NCBI GenBank assembly: GCA_951406725.2
Contig: OX597814.1
Coordinates: 211,978,001-212,042,000 of the forward strand
Source: Octopus vulgaris
Lineage: Eukaryota
Reading direction: 5' to 3'
DNA: 64,000 nt
Shown here: one piece after another, positions 14,981-26,541 of the stretch
How the letters are laid out: every line of letters begins with the position of its first letter
How positions within the stretch are numbered: position 1 is the first letter of the stretch
Position numbers and translations under genes: made by a program
The notes under the pieces: model-generated
What the model saw: only the letters and a program-made list of their open reading frames with translations
Told to the model about the DNA's origin: nothing
The model's database searches: none

Positions 14981-15777
14981 GCAGAACGTGAGTATATGTG
15001 CAGCTTGTATGTCTAACGTTTGACATATTACCCATAAAATATACGATAAAATTGATATACCTTGACCGATAGGAAATGCTATAATATTATACTTATTATG
15101 CAGCAATAGTTTTGTAACGTTTGTATGAAAATAATTTAATCTGAATATTAATATAGAAGCCGATTCTATGAATACAGAATCAGTGTTTAGTGTTCCTTTC
15201 TTTCGAGAAATGAATCTATCCTCTACCTTGCACCCCTTCATGAAATTCATATAGTTAGTATTCATTTGCTTCTAAATTAAACTAATGTCGAATGGGATAT
15301 TTCAGGAATGTACTTTTATCTATGATTTATGTGTAGAATAGTTGCTTATATTCACCTGAATCTCATTAAAGATCAGTGTCTTTCTCGGTACATACCTGAC
15401 GCTGTTTTATTATATATACATCGTTAGAAAATTGTAATTTGGGAAACAAACGTGAACTATGCCATATTCGTACCTCATTTATATATATTGTTTCTGTGTG
15501 TTAATCATATTGTATACAATCAAAGAAGCTATTACATGAATACAGGAACAGTCGAAATGAAAGACGTAAACATAGAGACAGGTAGAATATGTGTGTCTAT
15601 GCTATGTATGTAACTGCATTTGTACCTAAGCTTTTGCCTCCCCCTCATTCTCTCACTCTATCTCTCTCTATATTTATATGTATGTGCGTGTAGGTATATA
15701 TACATATATAAATATATGTAGATGTATACAATAAGAATAAGGATAATAATAACAAGAACAACAACAACAACAACAAC

Positions 15778-15866
<89 letters not shown>

Positions 15867-15872
15867 TAATAA

Positions 15873-16090
15873 TAAAATATTCAGATAAATACATAACAAA
15901 AACACCAGGACTTACAAACACATATAACATACAGAAAATTGCACTACTAGGCACTGCACACATCCTACGCAGAACACTTTCCATACAATAACCATCAGAG
16001 CATCACAACAAATCACAGCACATACCCAAGGCACACAGAGCTGTGCTCGGTAGTGAAGTGAAAGCACGCTATAAAAATAAAACTACTGAA
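15873..16090 (+). mobile_element. 5'-truncated Dong/R4 (REL endonuclease) non-LTR retrotransposon, subfamily 1, in (AAT)n
   Basis: KYSDKYITKTPGLTNTYNIQKIALLGTAHILRRTLSIQ* then 3' UTR ending in (AAT)n; near-identical to the 3' part of 43890-44298. Confidence 0.85.
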
Positions 16091-16110
16091 TAATAATAAT
16101 AATAATAATA

Positions 16111-16332
16111 AATCGTGTTAACTGGAACGGCTCATGTACTGAGAAGAGCATTATCGCTGTGAAAACAACATCCATCCATGAATTTATTTATTTATTAATT
16201 TTTAGATACATATTTTATCTGTGAATTTTGCGCGTGTAATCTGGGAATGCATACAATGAGCTTCTCTGCCCTAGGTGTATGGAAAACACTCGTCGAGAAA
16301 CGGAAGAAAATTTGAAGAAAGAAGGAAAAAAC

Positions 16333-16333
<1 letters not shown>
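16111..16333 (+). mobile_element. 5'-truncated Dong/R4 non-LTR element, distinct subfamily
   Basis: IVLTGTAHVLRRALSL* followed by a 3' UTR, with (AAT)n on both sides. Confidence 0.75.
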
Positions 16334-16406
<73 letters not shown>

Positions 16407-16415
16407 AATAATAAT

Positions 16416-16690
16416 ATGAAACGACTGGAAAATGAAACCACTACATAGGTAATGCCTCAGAGAAATCGAAGTAAAAGACAAGATCGACATATGGAAATAA
16501 GGGCAGGGCAAGCCCAAAATCCGCTCTGCTGGGGACAGCTAGGATTTTGATGGATGTTGAATGTCTCGCACGATAACTAACGACCAAATAGCAATGCTTA
16601 TAAAATGTGGAAAGAGAAACTGTGAGATATCTGACAGTATATACCAGAACAAACAAGACCGAACGTTCTGAGAAGTAAAACAATAATAAT
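16416..16690 (+). mobile_element. Internally deleted Dong/R4-type fragment
   Basis: WKMKPLHR*CLREIE (W..KPLHG-like) joined to KSALLGTARIL C-terminal motif; begins in (AAT)n and ends in caataataat. Confidence 0.6.
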
Positions 16691-17284
16691 AGATATTATT
16701 ATAAAGGAAATTGTTTCTGTGTGTTAATGATATTGTATACAATCAAAGAAGCTATCACAAGAATACAGGAACAGTTGAAATGAAAGACTAAATCTCAACA
16801 AATACAGACGTAGGGGAAATACCAGATCGGATATCTAAGTAAGCCGATATATGGCAGTAATCTATTGATTAACAATTTGGAATGTTATAGAGGTGGCGTT
16901 GATAATATTTAATTAGGATAATATGATCACAATTGTGTGAATCAGGTATTGCAACTCTGAACGATATTCATGGGTAAGAGGTTTGGATAGCGTGTTTCTT
17001 CTATTATTTAACTCGCGCAGCACAAATAAGGGTACCAAAGGGTTACTTACTTAGAGGAACTGGAAAAGCACTGGTTAGGGTATGCAGGCTGCGAGAGTTA
17101 CATTAGATACTATCGCGATCGCTTATGCGTAATATTAGGTAAACCAGGAATTAAAATGATTAGTTCCTTCAATATTGCATAGCATACAACTAATGTACAG
17201 GAGGTTATATAGTAAGAGCGGTTAGGAAATAATGGAAAAGTAGAATGGCAATATAAGGAATCAGGCGATTAAGCAGGGATCAAC

Positions 17285-17978
17285 ATAAGAGGGAGTATGC
17301 CGCAAGCCGACCTTCACTGGACGATACCTGAGTTTCAACTTCCTCCATCCATACAGTGTAAAGAGAAGGATTGCTCAGTGCCTAAGTAGCGATCGTGATA
17401 CACACCACGAAGAAATGATCAAGGTTAATAACGATAGGTTAAGCAACAACTACACCAAAAGTATACTATCCACTCTAATTATGAAGAAGACAGAGGATGA
17501 GGCCAATAAACTGTCCACAATCTGTCTACTCTATGTGAAAGGCCACTCCGAAAAGATACAAAAGATATGCGGCCCATATGACATCAGGACAGTATAGAAC
17601 ATTCGCAAATATCTCCTTCTTGTAAAACCATCAATAGAAGACAACATGAACAAAGACTGCGTGTACTCCATCCCATTCAGCTGTGGTAGTTTATACAAAG
17701 CGAAACATCTCCCTTTCAAAATAAGAGTAGATAAACATAGCAAAGCTATGACAGATGGTGATATTGATAAATCGGGTATAGCTGATCATGTATGGAAAAA
17801 TAGAGACCACCTCTCCCTGTGGGATGAGGTTAAAATAATAGATATAGAACGAACACCACTGGAAAATACAAAAGCTAAAAGAAGCAGCACCTATGCTAGG
17901 ACACAACAACTTCCTAAACAGATGGAGTGCAGCATTTGGGAACCGGTATTAAGGAAAGATAGGAAAATATTTAATTGA
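17285..17978 (+). pseudogene. Penelope-like element thumb + GIY-YIG endonuclease, degraded
   Basis: VCRKPTFTGRYLSFNFLHPYSVK (YRKPT...HP), LLYVKGHSEKIQKI, CVYSIPFSCGSLY...FKIRVDKH...KSGIADHVWKNRDHLSLWDEVKII (ORF 17646-17978). Confidence 0.9.
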
Positions 17979-18210
17979 CTCCATAGAGTGCGAGCTACTA
18001 ACCCCAAAATTCCGAGTTCGATTCCAAGCAGTGACCTGCACAATAACAATAATAATAATAACTTCGAAAAATACTTTAGGAATGAGAACCCAGCTCAAAA
18101 GTTCCCCAAGACACGTGAAGAAGGCTAGAGGGTAGATCAGCCGAACCGTTGTGTTAACAACAAAGATGAGGACAAATATCCGTCAAATGTACCTAATGTA
18201 AACTTAATAA
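17977..18210 (+). mobile_element. PLE 3' pseudo-LTR with tRNA-like segment and degenerate hammerhead
   Basis: tagagtgcgagctactaaccccaaaattccGAGTTCGATTCC (tRNA T-arm/B-box-like), then hammerhead-like 18111-18154; homologous copy at 44500-44680. Confidence 0.7.
18111..18154 (+). ncRNA. Minimal type-I hammerhead ribozyme motif, mutated
   Basis: ACAC-GTGAAGA-a-GGCTA-gagggtagat-CAGCC-GAAC-CGTT-GTGT: stem I ACAC/GTGT, stem II GGCT/AGCC; two core substitutions versus CUGANGA...GAAA. Confidence 0.65.
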
Positions 18211-19077
18211 CAGATAGCACAATACTACTACAACCGATATTTCCTGACGCTTTATTTATGAAGGTGATAATTCTTTTCCAGGTACATATGTTCTCATATT
18301 ACAAGTGATCTCCACTATATCATATAAAATATTCGTATATGTATCAACATTCAACATCTTTTTCCTTCACCAGATTAAATAATCGCACAAAACACTCCAA
18401 TTCAACATCGTTAGAACTAATCATTTGCTTTCCTTCATACCTCACAACATTCAACCTATTTCCACAGAAAACCCCTAAATTCTGTAATAATTCTGGCCGC
18501 CATAACTAGCGAATCCTAAACCCTGACCCCATACGTAATTATTTACGCATTTAAGCCTTTCTTCACTTTTTACTCTTTATATTATAAGCTTTTCCTTATT
18601 GTTTTAGATTTTTTTCTTTATTTTCATCTTTACTTTATCTTCGGCCCTCTCCCAGCTGCCCACATTTCTAAGTCTAGTAAAATGAAATACGTATTTTAAT
18701 CACCTACACCTCATCTCTAACCTCAGGAAGAAACGTCTAGCTGGCTCCTATTTCACCGGCAACGCTGATCATAAATATCATAAAACACCCTCTCAGAAAC
18801 TAAATTTGTAACCTAATTTCACCCCTCAGTGTCCACAACAGCCAATTTTGTTCATCATTAACACATTTCATGGTAAGCATCCACAGACTACAGCCACATC
18901 TCTACTGTATTCTTTGGATATTCTTTTGTTTTTGAAATTATGTTTCATCTGATGATTACAGTTTTTTTTGCAATGAAGTTACGTTCTCATTCCTCTATTA
19001 TAGGTTTTTGCAGTCATTTTCGTACGTTTGTCTTGATAATCAGGTCATTCAAAGTCACAAAACAAAAATAGCGCTGT

Positions 19078-19270
19078 GTGTTTAATCATTCAAATTCGTA
19101 TTTCGATCATTCAATTTTGCATTTCGATCAAAGAATTTAGTATGTACAACATTCAAAATTGAAATGCCCTTCGAGAACATTCAAATAAGTTAGAATGCGA
19201 GGAAGCATTTTTTCGAGCATTCAAATTCGTTTCGGAGCAATCTATTGAACCCTTCGAGCTATCAAATTAG
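19078..19270. repeat. Array of short subterminal repeats (ttcgaNcattcaaatt motif)
   Basis: About 6-7 copies of cattcaa(a)tt/ttcga motifs, downstream of the minus-strand transposase. Confidence 0.65.
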
Positions 19271-19669
19271 TACGATAGCTGATTTGGTTTTATCTCATAA
19301 TCATTGTTATCATATTCATGTGTCTTCATGTATTGTTTTTGCTTTAAGCACTCTATCGTACCCATGTCTTATCCATGTATTATTTTATTTTTGTATAGGT
19401 ACATGTATTTATTGTTAAAGACTTCATGAAATTGCCTTCCAGTTTTCTGTCTTTTTAAAGAATCTTACAATAACAATAAATGCTCATTTTCTTTGATTTT
19501 GAATACACTATGTTGTGATATGTGTTCTTGTTGGGAAAACTGTTCTTGTTGGAATAAGTATATATTTCTTTGAATTTGTATTTTTTTCTTTTTAGGTTGT
19601 TATGTACTCTAAGATAATTATTGATTTGCAGTCTTGAATAGGAGAAATCGTCTAAGAGTATTTAGTCGT

Positions 19670-20723
19670 TTATTTCCTGGGAATCGAAAATCTCGGGAGG
19701 CAGGTTTTTGTGTCTCTATACCAACGAACACAATTTTCTGGAGAGGTAACGTTGACGTTACGCCTTGTGACATGTTGTAAGGCATGTGCTGACCTTTCGT
19801 CCATGTTCGTTCCAGCTTCTTCTGTAGCTACCTGGTACCCAAACCTTTCTTGCAAATCGAGTGAGGTCCCGCTTGACAGCCGCGTTAAAGGTAAAATGTG
19901 CCTTTTCCGTACAATTAAGAAACACTGAGTAGGGAGGCAGGTGTTTCAGACTAATCTGCGGGCCAGCGTTTGCCGAGAGGTCAGCACGAACGTGTGGCCG
20001 CGTGTAGATCAAGTGGACGGATTCATCCGCTGGGAACATGTCAGGACATGCTCGAAATTTGTCTGCCAAGAACCCCTCGAAAACGTTTCATGTAACGGTA
20101 TCGTTCGAAATGGAGTGGTGAACTAGGCCAATATTACCCGACACCGCAAAAATGATTTGCTGCTTTTACCACGCTGACGGTTGAAAAATCGGCGAACTCC
20201 TTGAGGGCATCGTCCAAATGACCGCCTTGTCCAGATGTTTTACCCACATTCTTCGATGAATACGCATTGGCTGACGACCCCCTCTTCCATGAACGAATGC
20301 CCGTACTCATAAGGCTTTTTCAGATGTCTTGGGGCAACTCTTGTATCTGGGACGTTTTTGGCCTACTTCATAGTTATCAACATCCCATCTAGAGCCCGTG
20401 TGATCTGAAACACGGAAGCAGGTGGCTTTCCAAGCAATGCTACCTCGATGTCCCTCTTCATCTGTTGAAGGATTGCGAGTGGGTTGGCATCAATAATCAC
20501 CTGGAACCTGGCTCACATTCCCTCATCAACCTTAACGTGCTGGGCACCTCTCTGGACAACTTGCAGACCGTAGGTAGGTCGCTACTACGGATCGAACGGT
20601 ACTGCTTTTAATGCCACGTGTTTCTGCAAGGTAGAGGTAATCTGTTTGATGACCCCCGAGGGCGTCAACCAGGCTTGTTCTATTTTCGTCCAATATACGC
20701 ATATACCTTACGCGTGGCACCAT
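19670..20723 (-). pseudogene. IS630/Tc1-like DDE transposase pseudogene
   Basis: N-terminal HTH-like MVPRVRYMRILDENRTSLVDA...GIKSSTVRSVV; C-terminal HLPPYSVFLNCTEKAHFTFNAAVKRDL matches the LPPYSPxLNPIE signature; multiple frameshifts; locally higher GC. Confidence 0.8.
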
Positions 20724-21007
20724 TGTTAAAAGTTGGTTTAACAGAAAGGGATATAGACGCAACTGTTACCGACCGGTTACGAAGGTTGCAACGAAAAAGT
20801 ATTTCGTGAGAAGAAGAGTGACGTAAATTATTTCTTCCTTGATATAAATATAATTTGCTTGACTTAATATTTGCATGATAAAGCATGTCATTTAAATTCG
20901 TCCTTTTTAACATCCACTTCTTCGTATGTGAATAAAAACACAGACGTACAATTAGTGCTAAACTGAATGACCTTATTCCGAATTATTTTATTATTCTAGT
21001 TTATTTT

Positions 21008-21112
21008 TAACCTGATGAGTGGCTATATTTATATCGAAGTGATTTTACTACTACTATTATTTTTTTTTACTATAATCATTTGTTAAATATAGCCACGAAG
21101 CACGTGTCGTTA
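21008..21112 (+). ncRNA. Type-I hammerhead ribozyme with long stem II, near-canonical
   Basis: Stem I TAAC(21008-11)/GTTA(21109-12); CTGATGA 21012-18; 13-bp stem II GTGGCTATATTTA/TAAATATAGCCAC (21019-31/21084-96); GAAG 21097-100 (canonical GAAA); palindromic CACGTG; GUC cleavage triplet ending 21108. Confidence 0.8.
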
Positions 21113-21292
21113 TTCTACCAAATATATACGTTTTTTTATTATTATTTTGCAATTTAATTAATCATCGGTATATTATTGTTATTTTAATTTTAATATTTTA
21201 ATAATTTTAATAATTTTAATATTTCTATTATATGTAATTTTCTAGATGGTGTAATTTAATTGTTCATTTTGAATTGATAAAAGGTATTTATC

Positions 21293-21352
<60 letters not shown>

Positions 21353-22929
21353 TATTTATATGTGTGTGTGTGCATGCGAGTGTATGTGTTTTGACGTGTT
21401 TCTAGGCAAATAGTTATGTGCCAGACTCCCACTCTCATATATACACAAACGACCAATTCTATTGTAAAGCGTTTTCTCATCCATTTTCATACTTTGTATG
21501 TTATACATATTTAATTGTACACATTTAGTTTTCTATGTTTCATTATTTTCCTTCTGAAAATCTTTTCTTTTCTACACTTTTGTGTCTCATGAATACATTC
21601 ATTTATTATTTTCTCAAGAAGCAATTATATCTCTTATTTTGACGATGCTCCAATATCTTATTGAGAGTTGTTTCCTTCAGGTAGGGAATTTGAAGATGAG
21701 GAAGGGATATTCTCTGTTTGTATTCTGGTTATTTTGTTTTATTGACTTGTGATTAAATTTGTTCGTTGTGCTTCATTTGATTTTGGTCTTACTTATGTTC
21801 TTATGTAGGTACTTCTTGTGTTCTGTCTTCTGTGAAGAAGCTCATTGTCACAGATAGTGGTTTTGTGTGGAGGTGGTTTAGCGTGAGGATTTGTTGCATT
21901 TATATCGGATAAGTGATATATTATATATGCCTATATTCTATATTATATATAGATGTATCAAGCCCGTGTATGTTTGAATATGCACATTTACGAGTATTAA
22001 CCTGATTATATAGTACATTATATATTTAGATCCAATTTCACAATGAGTATTGGGAATTCAGTTGTGTAAGATAAAGCGACATGAAACCAAGGTGTATTCT
22101 GTGTCTACAATGCGTGTGATTTGCTGGGACAATATCAATACAAGTGCAAGCACGCGAAGATCTTTGCTTAAATCCAGAATGATTTCAACTACAGAGAAAT
22201 GTTGTTGACACATTTACGATCATTAGGATAACCAATCAAATATGAAACATCTGCCAAACTTTTGAATACCCAATCAGAAAGGGATAACATAAGTAAGGCA
22301 ACAATATCCGTGAGATAACTGCTTTCTATTTTGCAACAAACAAATTATAGAAACACCAACTTGGCATGAAAGGAAGTTTCCACTATTCAAAGACATTGAC
22401 AGTATTATCGCTCCGATCAGACGTGCTTTTCCTGTGGCTATAAACAAAAAATCTCATCTCGATAAGCGAAAGTACACTTTGCTTTGCGGAGAATGACTTG
22501 GATTTTCTAACAGAGGATTGTCTAATCTCTGGAGTTTATTTATATTGCTTATGCCAAGCAATGTCAGACAACCTAATTCCAGAATAAAGTAGACTGCCGT
22601 GGTGTACCAATGAAGGTCAAAGTGATGGTTAATGCAGAAGAGTTTAGGTACCAAAGTATTAGGGATGGCTTTCCGGCACCTGAGGCCAGATGAAGCAGAT
22701 TGAAACATCTTGTGGACAAATTTCATGTGGATCACCATTATACCACTAAAGCGTACGGTCCTTTTACAGAACCAAAACGCATTAGACTTACTAAATACTT
22801 ATGCTAAAGTTATGGATTGGTTCTGAACAATGGGTATCATTTACTCATCATCACACTTAAGATCTTGGATCATAACCAAATATTTGCTAAAATTCCTGCT
22901 TGGAAGAAAGCGTTATATATACATACGTA

Positions 22930-22946
22930 CCCCACCCACACACACT

Positions 22947-23016
<70 letters not shown>

Positions 23017-23023
23017 TATATAT

Positions 23024-23058
<35 letters not shown>

Positions 23059-23060
23059 CA
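22930..23060 (+). repeat. (CA)n/(TA)n microsatellite
   Basis: Directly visible. Confidence 0.95.
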
Positions 23061-23652
23061 GATGTAAGAACTAACTTTGGACAAGGCTGCGTGGCGTTCA
23101 ATTATAAATAAATTTTAAAATACACATTACGTACATGACATCACCAACAAATGAGAAATAAGTTCACAGTAAATTCACACTTATTTCCCATCTTCAGGAC
23201 AGCATTTCAAATATAAATTTGAGAGTGTTAGAATTAAGTATGCACGCGATCAAGCGTCATCGCATAACTAAGCAGTTATGCATAACTATGATTATGTATG
23301 TTTAGAATTAAATACATAGACATATGCACGTAGATGTGCTGAGGCCTAATTGCTTCATTTTCCAGGTGCGAATCTGTGTTGCCGTACGAAAAGTAGGTAT
23401 TATGTAATTATATAATATGTCTCATTGACTAAAAAGTTACTTTGTTTAGTTATTCATTATGCGGCATATCGCCTCCTAATTTCTTTTACCAGCATGTTTG
23501 AGACGCACTCTTATTCCAGTTCTTATCAAAGTAAAAATAGATACTACCTTGATAATACTAGTTAGATCTCTATTTTTGTGAGTATACACACTATATATAT
23601 GCTTTTGTATATATGCAAATATTTATGTACATCTAACATTCTATCTATCTCA

Positions 23653-23706
<54 letters not shown>

Positions 23707-23712
23707 TTCTCA

Positions 23713-23778
<66 letters not shown>

Positions 23779-24032
23779 ATACATAAATACATTGAAGCGT
23801 CGAACATGTATCCACTGCTATTTCCTGTAAACATTCTTACTTTGTTGTACCACAACTCGATACTTATATTCCTACATTTACGGTGCTTTATTTTACTGGA
23901 AAGTAATACATTTTTATTGCAATATTTTATTTTTCATTGAAAGTTTTTCACTGTTCTCTTTCTGTTAACGGGTAAGCGTTCAGGCGAGTATACTAACATT
24001 GATGTAGCAGCATTTGAAACATTGTCCATGTA

Positions 24033-24107
24033 AATCCAACTGATGAATACCAATCAAATTTACGATTACTAATGTATATGAAGAGTCCGAAACCTAGGTA
24101 CTGGATT
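24033..24107 (+). ncRNA. Type-I hammerhead motif with intact core and damaged stem II
   Basis: Stem I AATCCA/TGGATT; CTGATGA 24040-46; GAAA 24089-92; palindromic CCTAGG; GUA triplet ending 24100. Confidence 0.7.
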
Positions 24108-24254
24108 ATCTGATTCTGGATTGTCCATTTATATAATATTCTTCCTAGAGCTAAGATAAATTATTTAATGCTTGCTGTCCTCACACGTCTTTGGCAGTAT
24201 ATACACATTGAAACTTTACTATAAACATTGGTGTTTTGTTGTACCACTACTCTT

Positions 24255-24289
<35 letters not shown>

Positions 24290-24310
24290 AAAATATATAT
24301 ATATATATGA

Positions 24311-24597
24311 ACGCGCAATGGCCCAGTGGTTAGGGCAGGGGACTCGTAGTCGTAGGATTGCAGTTTTTATTGAGGATGCGTGTGTTTATTGGGCGAAAAC
24401 ACCGAAAGCTCTAAGAGGCTCCGGCAGGGGTAGGTGGTGATCCCTGCTGTACTCTTTCACCACAACTTTCTCCCGCACTTTGTTCTGTTGGCCTGCTCGC
24501 TTCAATGGCGTCATTGAAGACTGAAACAATGCGAAGCGCATTGTGACCAGTGATGCGTAGCAACTTCTGATGGTCTGGCGGGTCACGTGACCACGTG
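24311..24597 (+). mobile_element. tRNA-derived SINE (family of 12590-13000)
   Basis: gcgcaatggcccagtggttagggcagggGactcg...gaaaacaccgaaagctc...ccctgctgtactctttcaccacaactttc shared with the 12590 copy. Confidence 0.85.
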
Positions 24598-24661
<64 letters not shown>

Positions 24662-25585
24662 TTCTGTACTTGTATTTACGAACTTCCTTCTCAAAATCTC
24701 GTACATATAAAATTCTTCTACTACATGCACAACGATCTATACCATCTTACGTGGCAGACATGATTTTATGGACCAATTTTACTTCTGTCGAGAAAACCAG
24801 TTTACGTCTCTTGGGGATCAAAGAATATTTGCAACAATGCTGCAATTTTCTTAGCTGGTGTTACAGCTTTCGCATTATTTGCGTCGTGAGTACTTAATAT
24901 TGGAATATGCGCCACGGACATAAAATTTATATCTATATAAATCATTTAGTAGACTAACATTGATTATGCTAAATTTTATGTTTCTTGCAAACAAGTTAAT
25001 TTGAAGTTGCTTTCAAACGAATCAAATCAGAGTGGAATCTCTACTCTTGAAATATAAAGACTTTATATTTTCTTCTTTTTTTTCTTTTTTTCTTTTTGTG
25101 TGGCATGAAATGTATATTGCACTCTCATTATATACACAGTATTAGTCATATCATGCACAAGGGATTTGGTATCAGGAAATGATGTGCAATTTAGCAATAT
25201 CAACTCATCGTAAATTATTGTATGGTGTAAATCCACTATACTTGTAAAAAGGCTTAAGGTATATAATTCCATTATAAAAAAAAATCAGATTGTCTTAGAT
25301 ATAAAATGGTATAAACTATTCTGTATTGGAATAACACTATTTGAACACCTATCGTCTCTAGTAATCAATAATTAATTCTAAGAACAAATTAATGTTGATT
25401 CTAGAAAATCCGTACACGTTGGGGACTGGGAAATCAACAAAACATACGAGATCTAACCCGTTTATAAGACACGTGAAATATCTTGAAGCATACACATCTG
25501 CATTAAATTGGTATATTACAATTACAATCAACTGGGACAAGCTGGAATCTTCGAAGATAAATTATGAAGTACTTGTAATATATAT

Positions 25586-25827
25586 ATTTCTTTACTACCC
25601 ACAAGGGGCTAAATACAGAGGGGACAAACAAGGACAGACAAATGGAGTAAGTCGATTATATCGACCCCAGTGAGTAACTGGTACTTAATTTATCGACCCT
25701 GAAAGTATGAAAGGCAAAGTCGACCTCGGCGGAATTTGAACTCAGAACGTAACGGCAGACGAAATACGGCTACGCATTTCGCCCGGCGTGCTAACGTTTC
25801 TGCCAGCTCGCCGCCTTTAAGCTCGCC
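25586..25827 (-). mobile_element. tRNA-derived SINE (second family) with 15-bp TSD
   Basis: Minus-strand head ggcggcgagcTGGCAGAAACGTTAG...GAGTTCAAATTCC; TSD acttgtaatatatat at 25571-25585 and 25828-25842. Confidence 0.88.
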
Positions 25828-26541
25828 ACTTGTAATATATATGCTTCAGCGAATGCGGTGGAGATGTTTTCTAATACAGATTATCGCATGTTTAACAATG
25901 ATGAAGATAACATAAAAATTGCCTATTTTGTTGCACCAATTCGTAATTAAAGCAACTGAGATGGCGATTGAGTGAGAAACCAACAAAGTACTATGTAATA
26001 TATATGTGGACCTTACGAAGCTCGGTGCACTCAAAACATCATGTTTTCAGATACCACTCTCTTCATTGGCATTATATAGCATCTTTTTGTTTAGATTGTT
26101 GTCGTTTCGAGATTTTACAAAAAAAAAAAATAAAAAGAAAAGACATCATATAATGGAATTATAAGATGCGCTTTTAAAACACCTGTCTGAGAAATTAATT
26201 ATAAAACTGAATAATTTCTTGTACCAAAATATTTTAGCTTTGTAAACTACTAATTAATCGATACTTGGTATTGTTAATTCATTTTCATCTTGTTTTCCTG
26301 AGTTGATGGTATACATACACGCAAGACCGCATTCGTTTTAGCATTTTATTACATTCGTTTAAATCTTCGTATATTATCCATCTGAAGTTCATTCTCCTCT
26401 CTAGATAAGTTCATTCATTCCTTTTTTGACACTAACATAATTATGCACGTAGATATGCTTTATTCCCGTGATAATATCGACGGCGCTTATGAAAGTTCTA
26501 TATCTCTTTTCAGTTTTCATTAAAAACGTAATTTTTTATAA

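Larger units (their letters stand above)
15487..16788 (+). repeat. 79-bp direct repeats (15487-15565 and 16710-16788) flanking an (AAT)n/Dong cluster
   Basis: attgtttctgtgtgttaat[c/g]atattgtatacaatcaaagaagc...gaaatgaaagac occurs twice with 4 mismatches. Confidence 0.9.

Noticed and set aside
18949-18990. CTGATGA-ttacag...ttgcaat-GAAG hammerhead-like match
   Set aside because: Stem II register is wrong, GAAA is absent and there is no convincing stem I; likely chance
19078-19270. CRISPR-like array
   Set aside because: Repeats are short, degenerate and irregularly spaced; no cas genes; eukaryotic context; better explained as transposon subterminal repeats
22454-22915. Possible CR1/L2 RT C-terminal remnant on the minus strand (YTTAVYFILELG...INKLQRL)
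   Set aside because: Only vague motif similarity; needs a profile search
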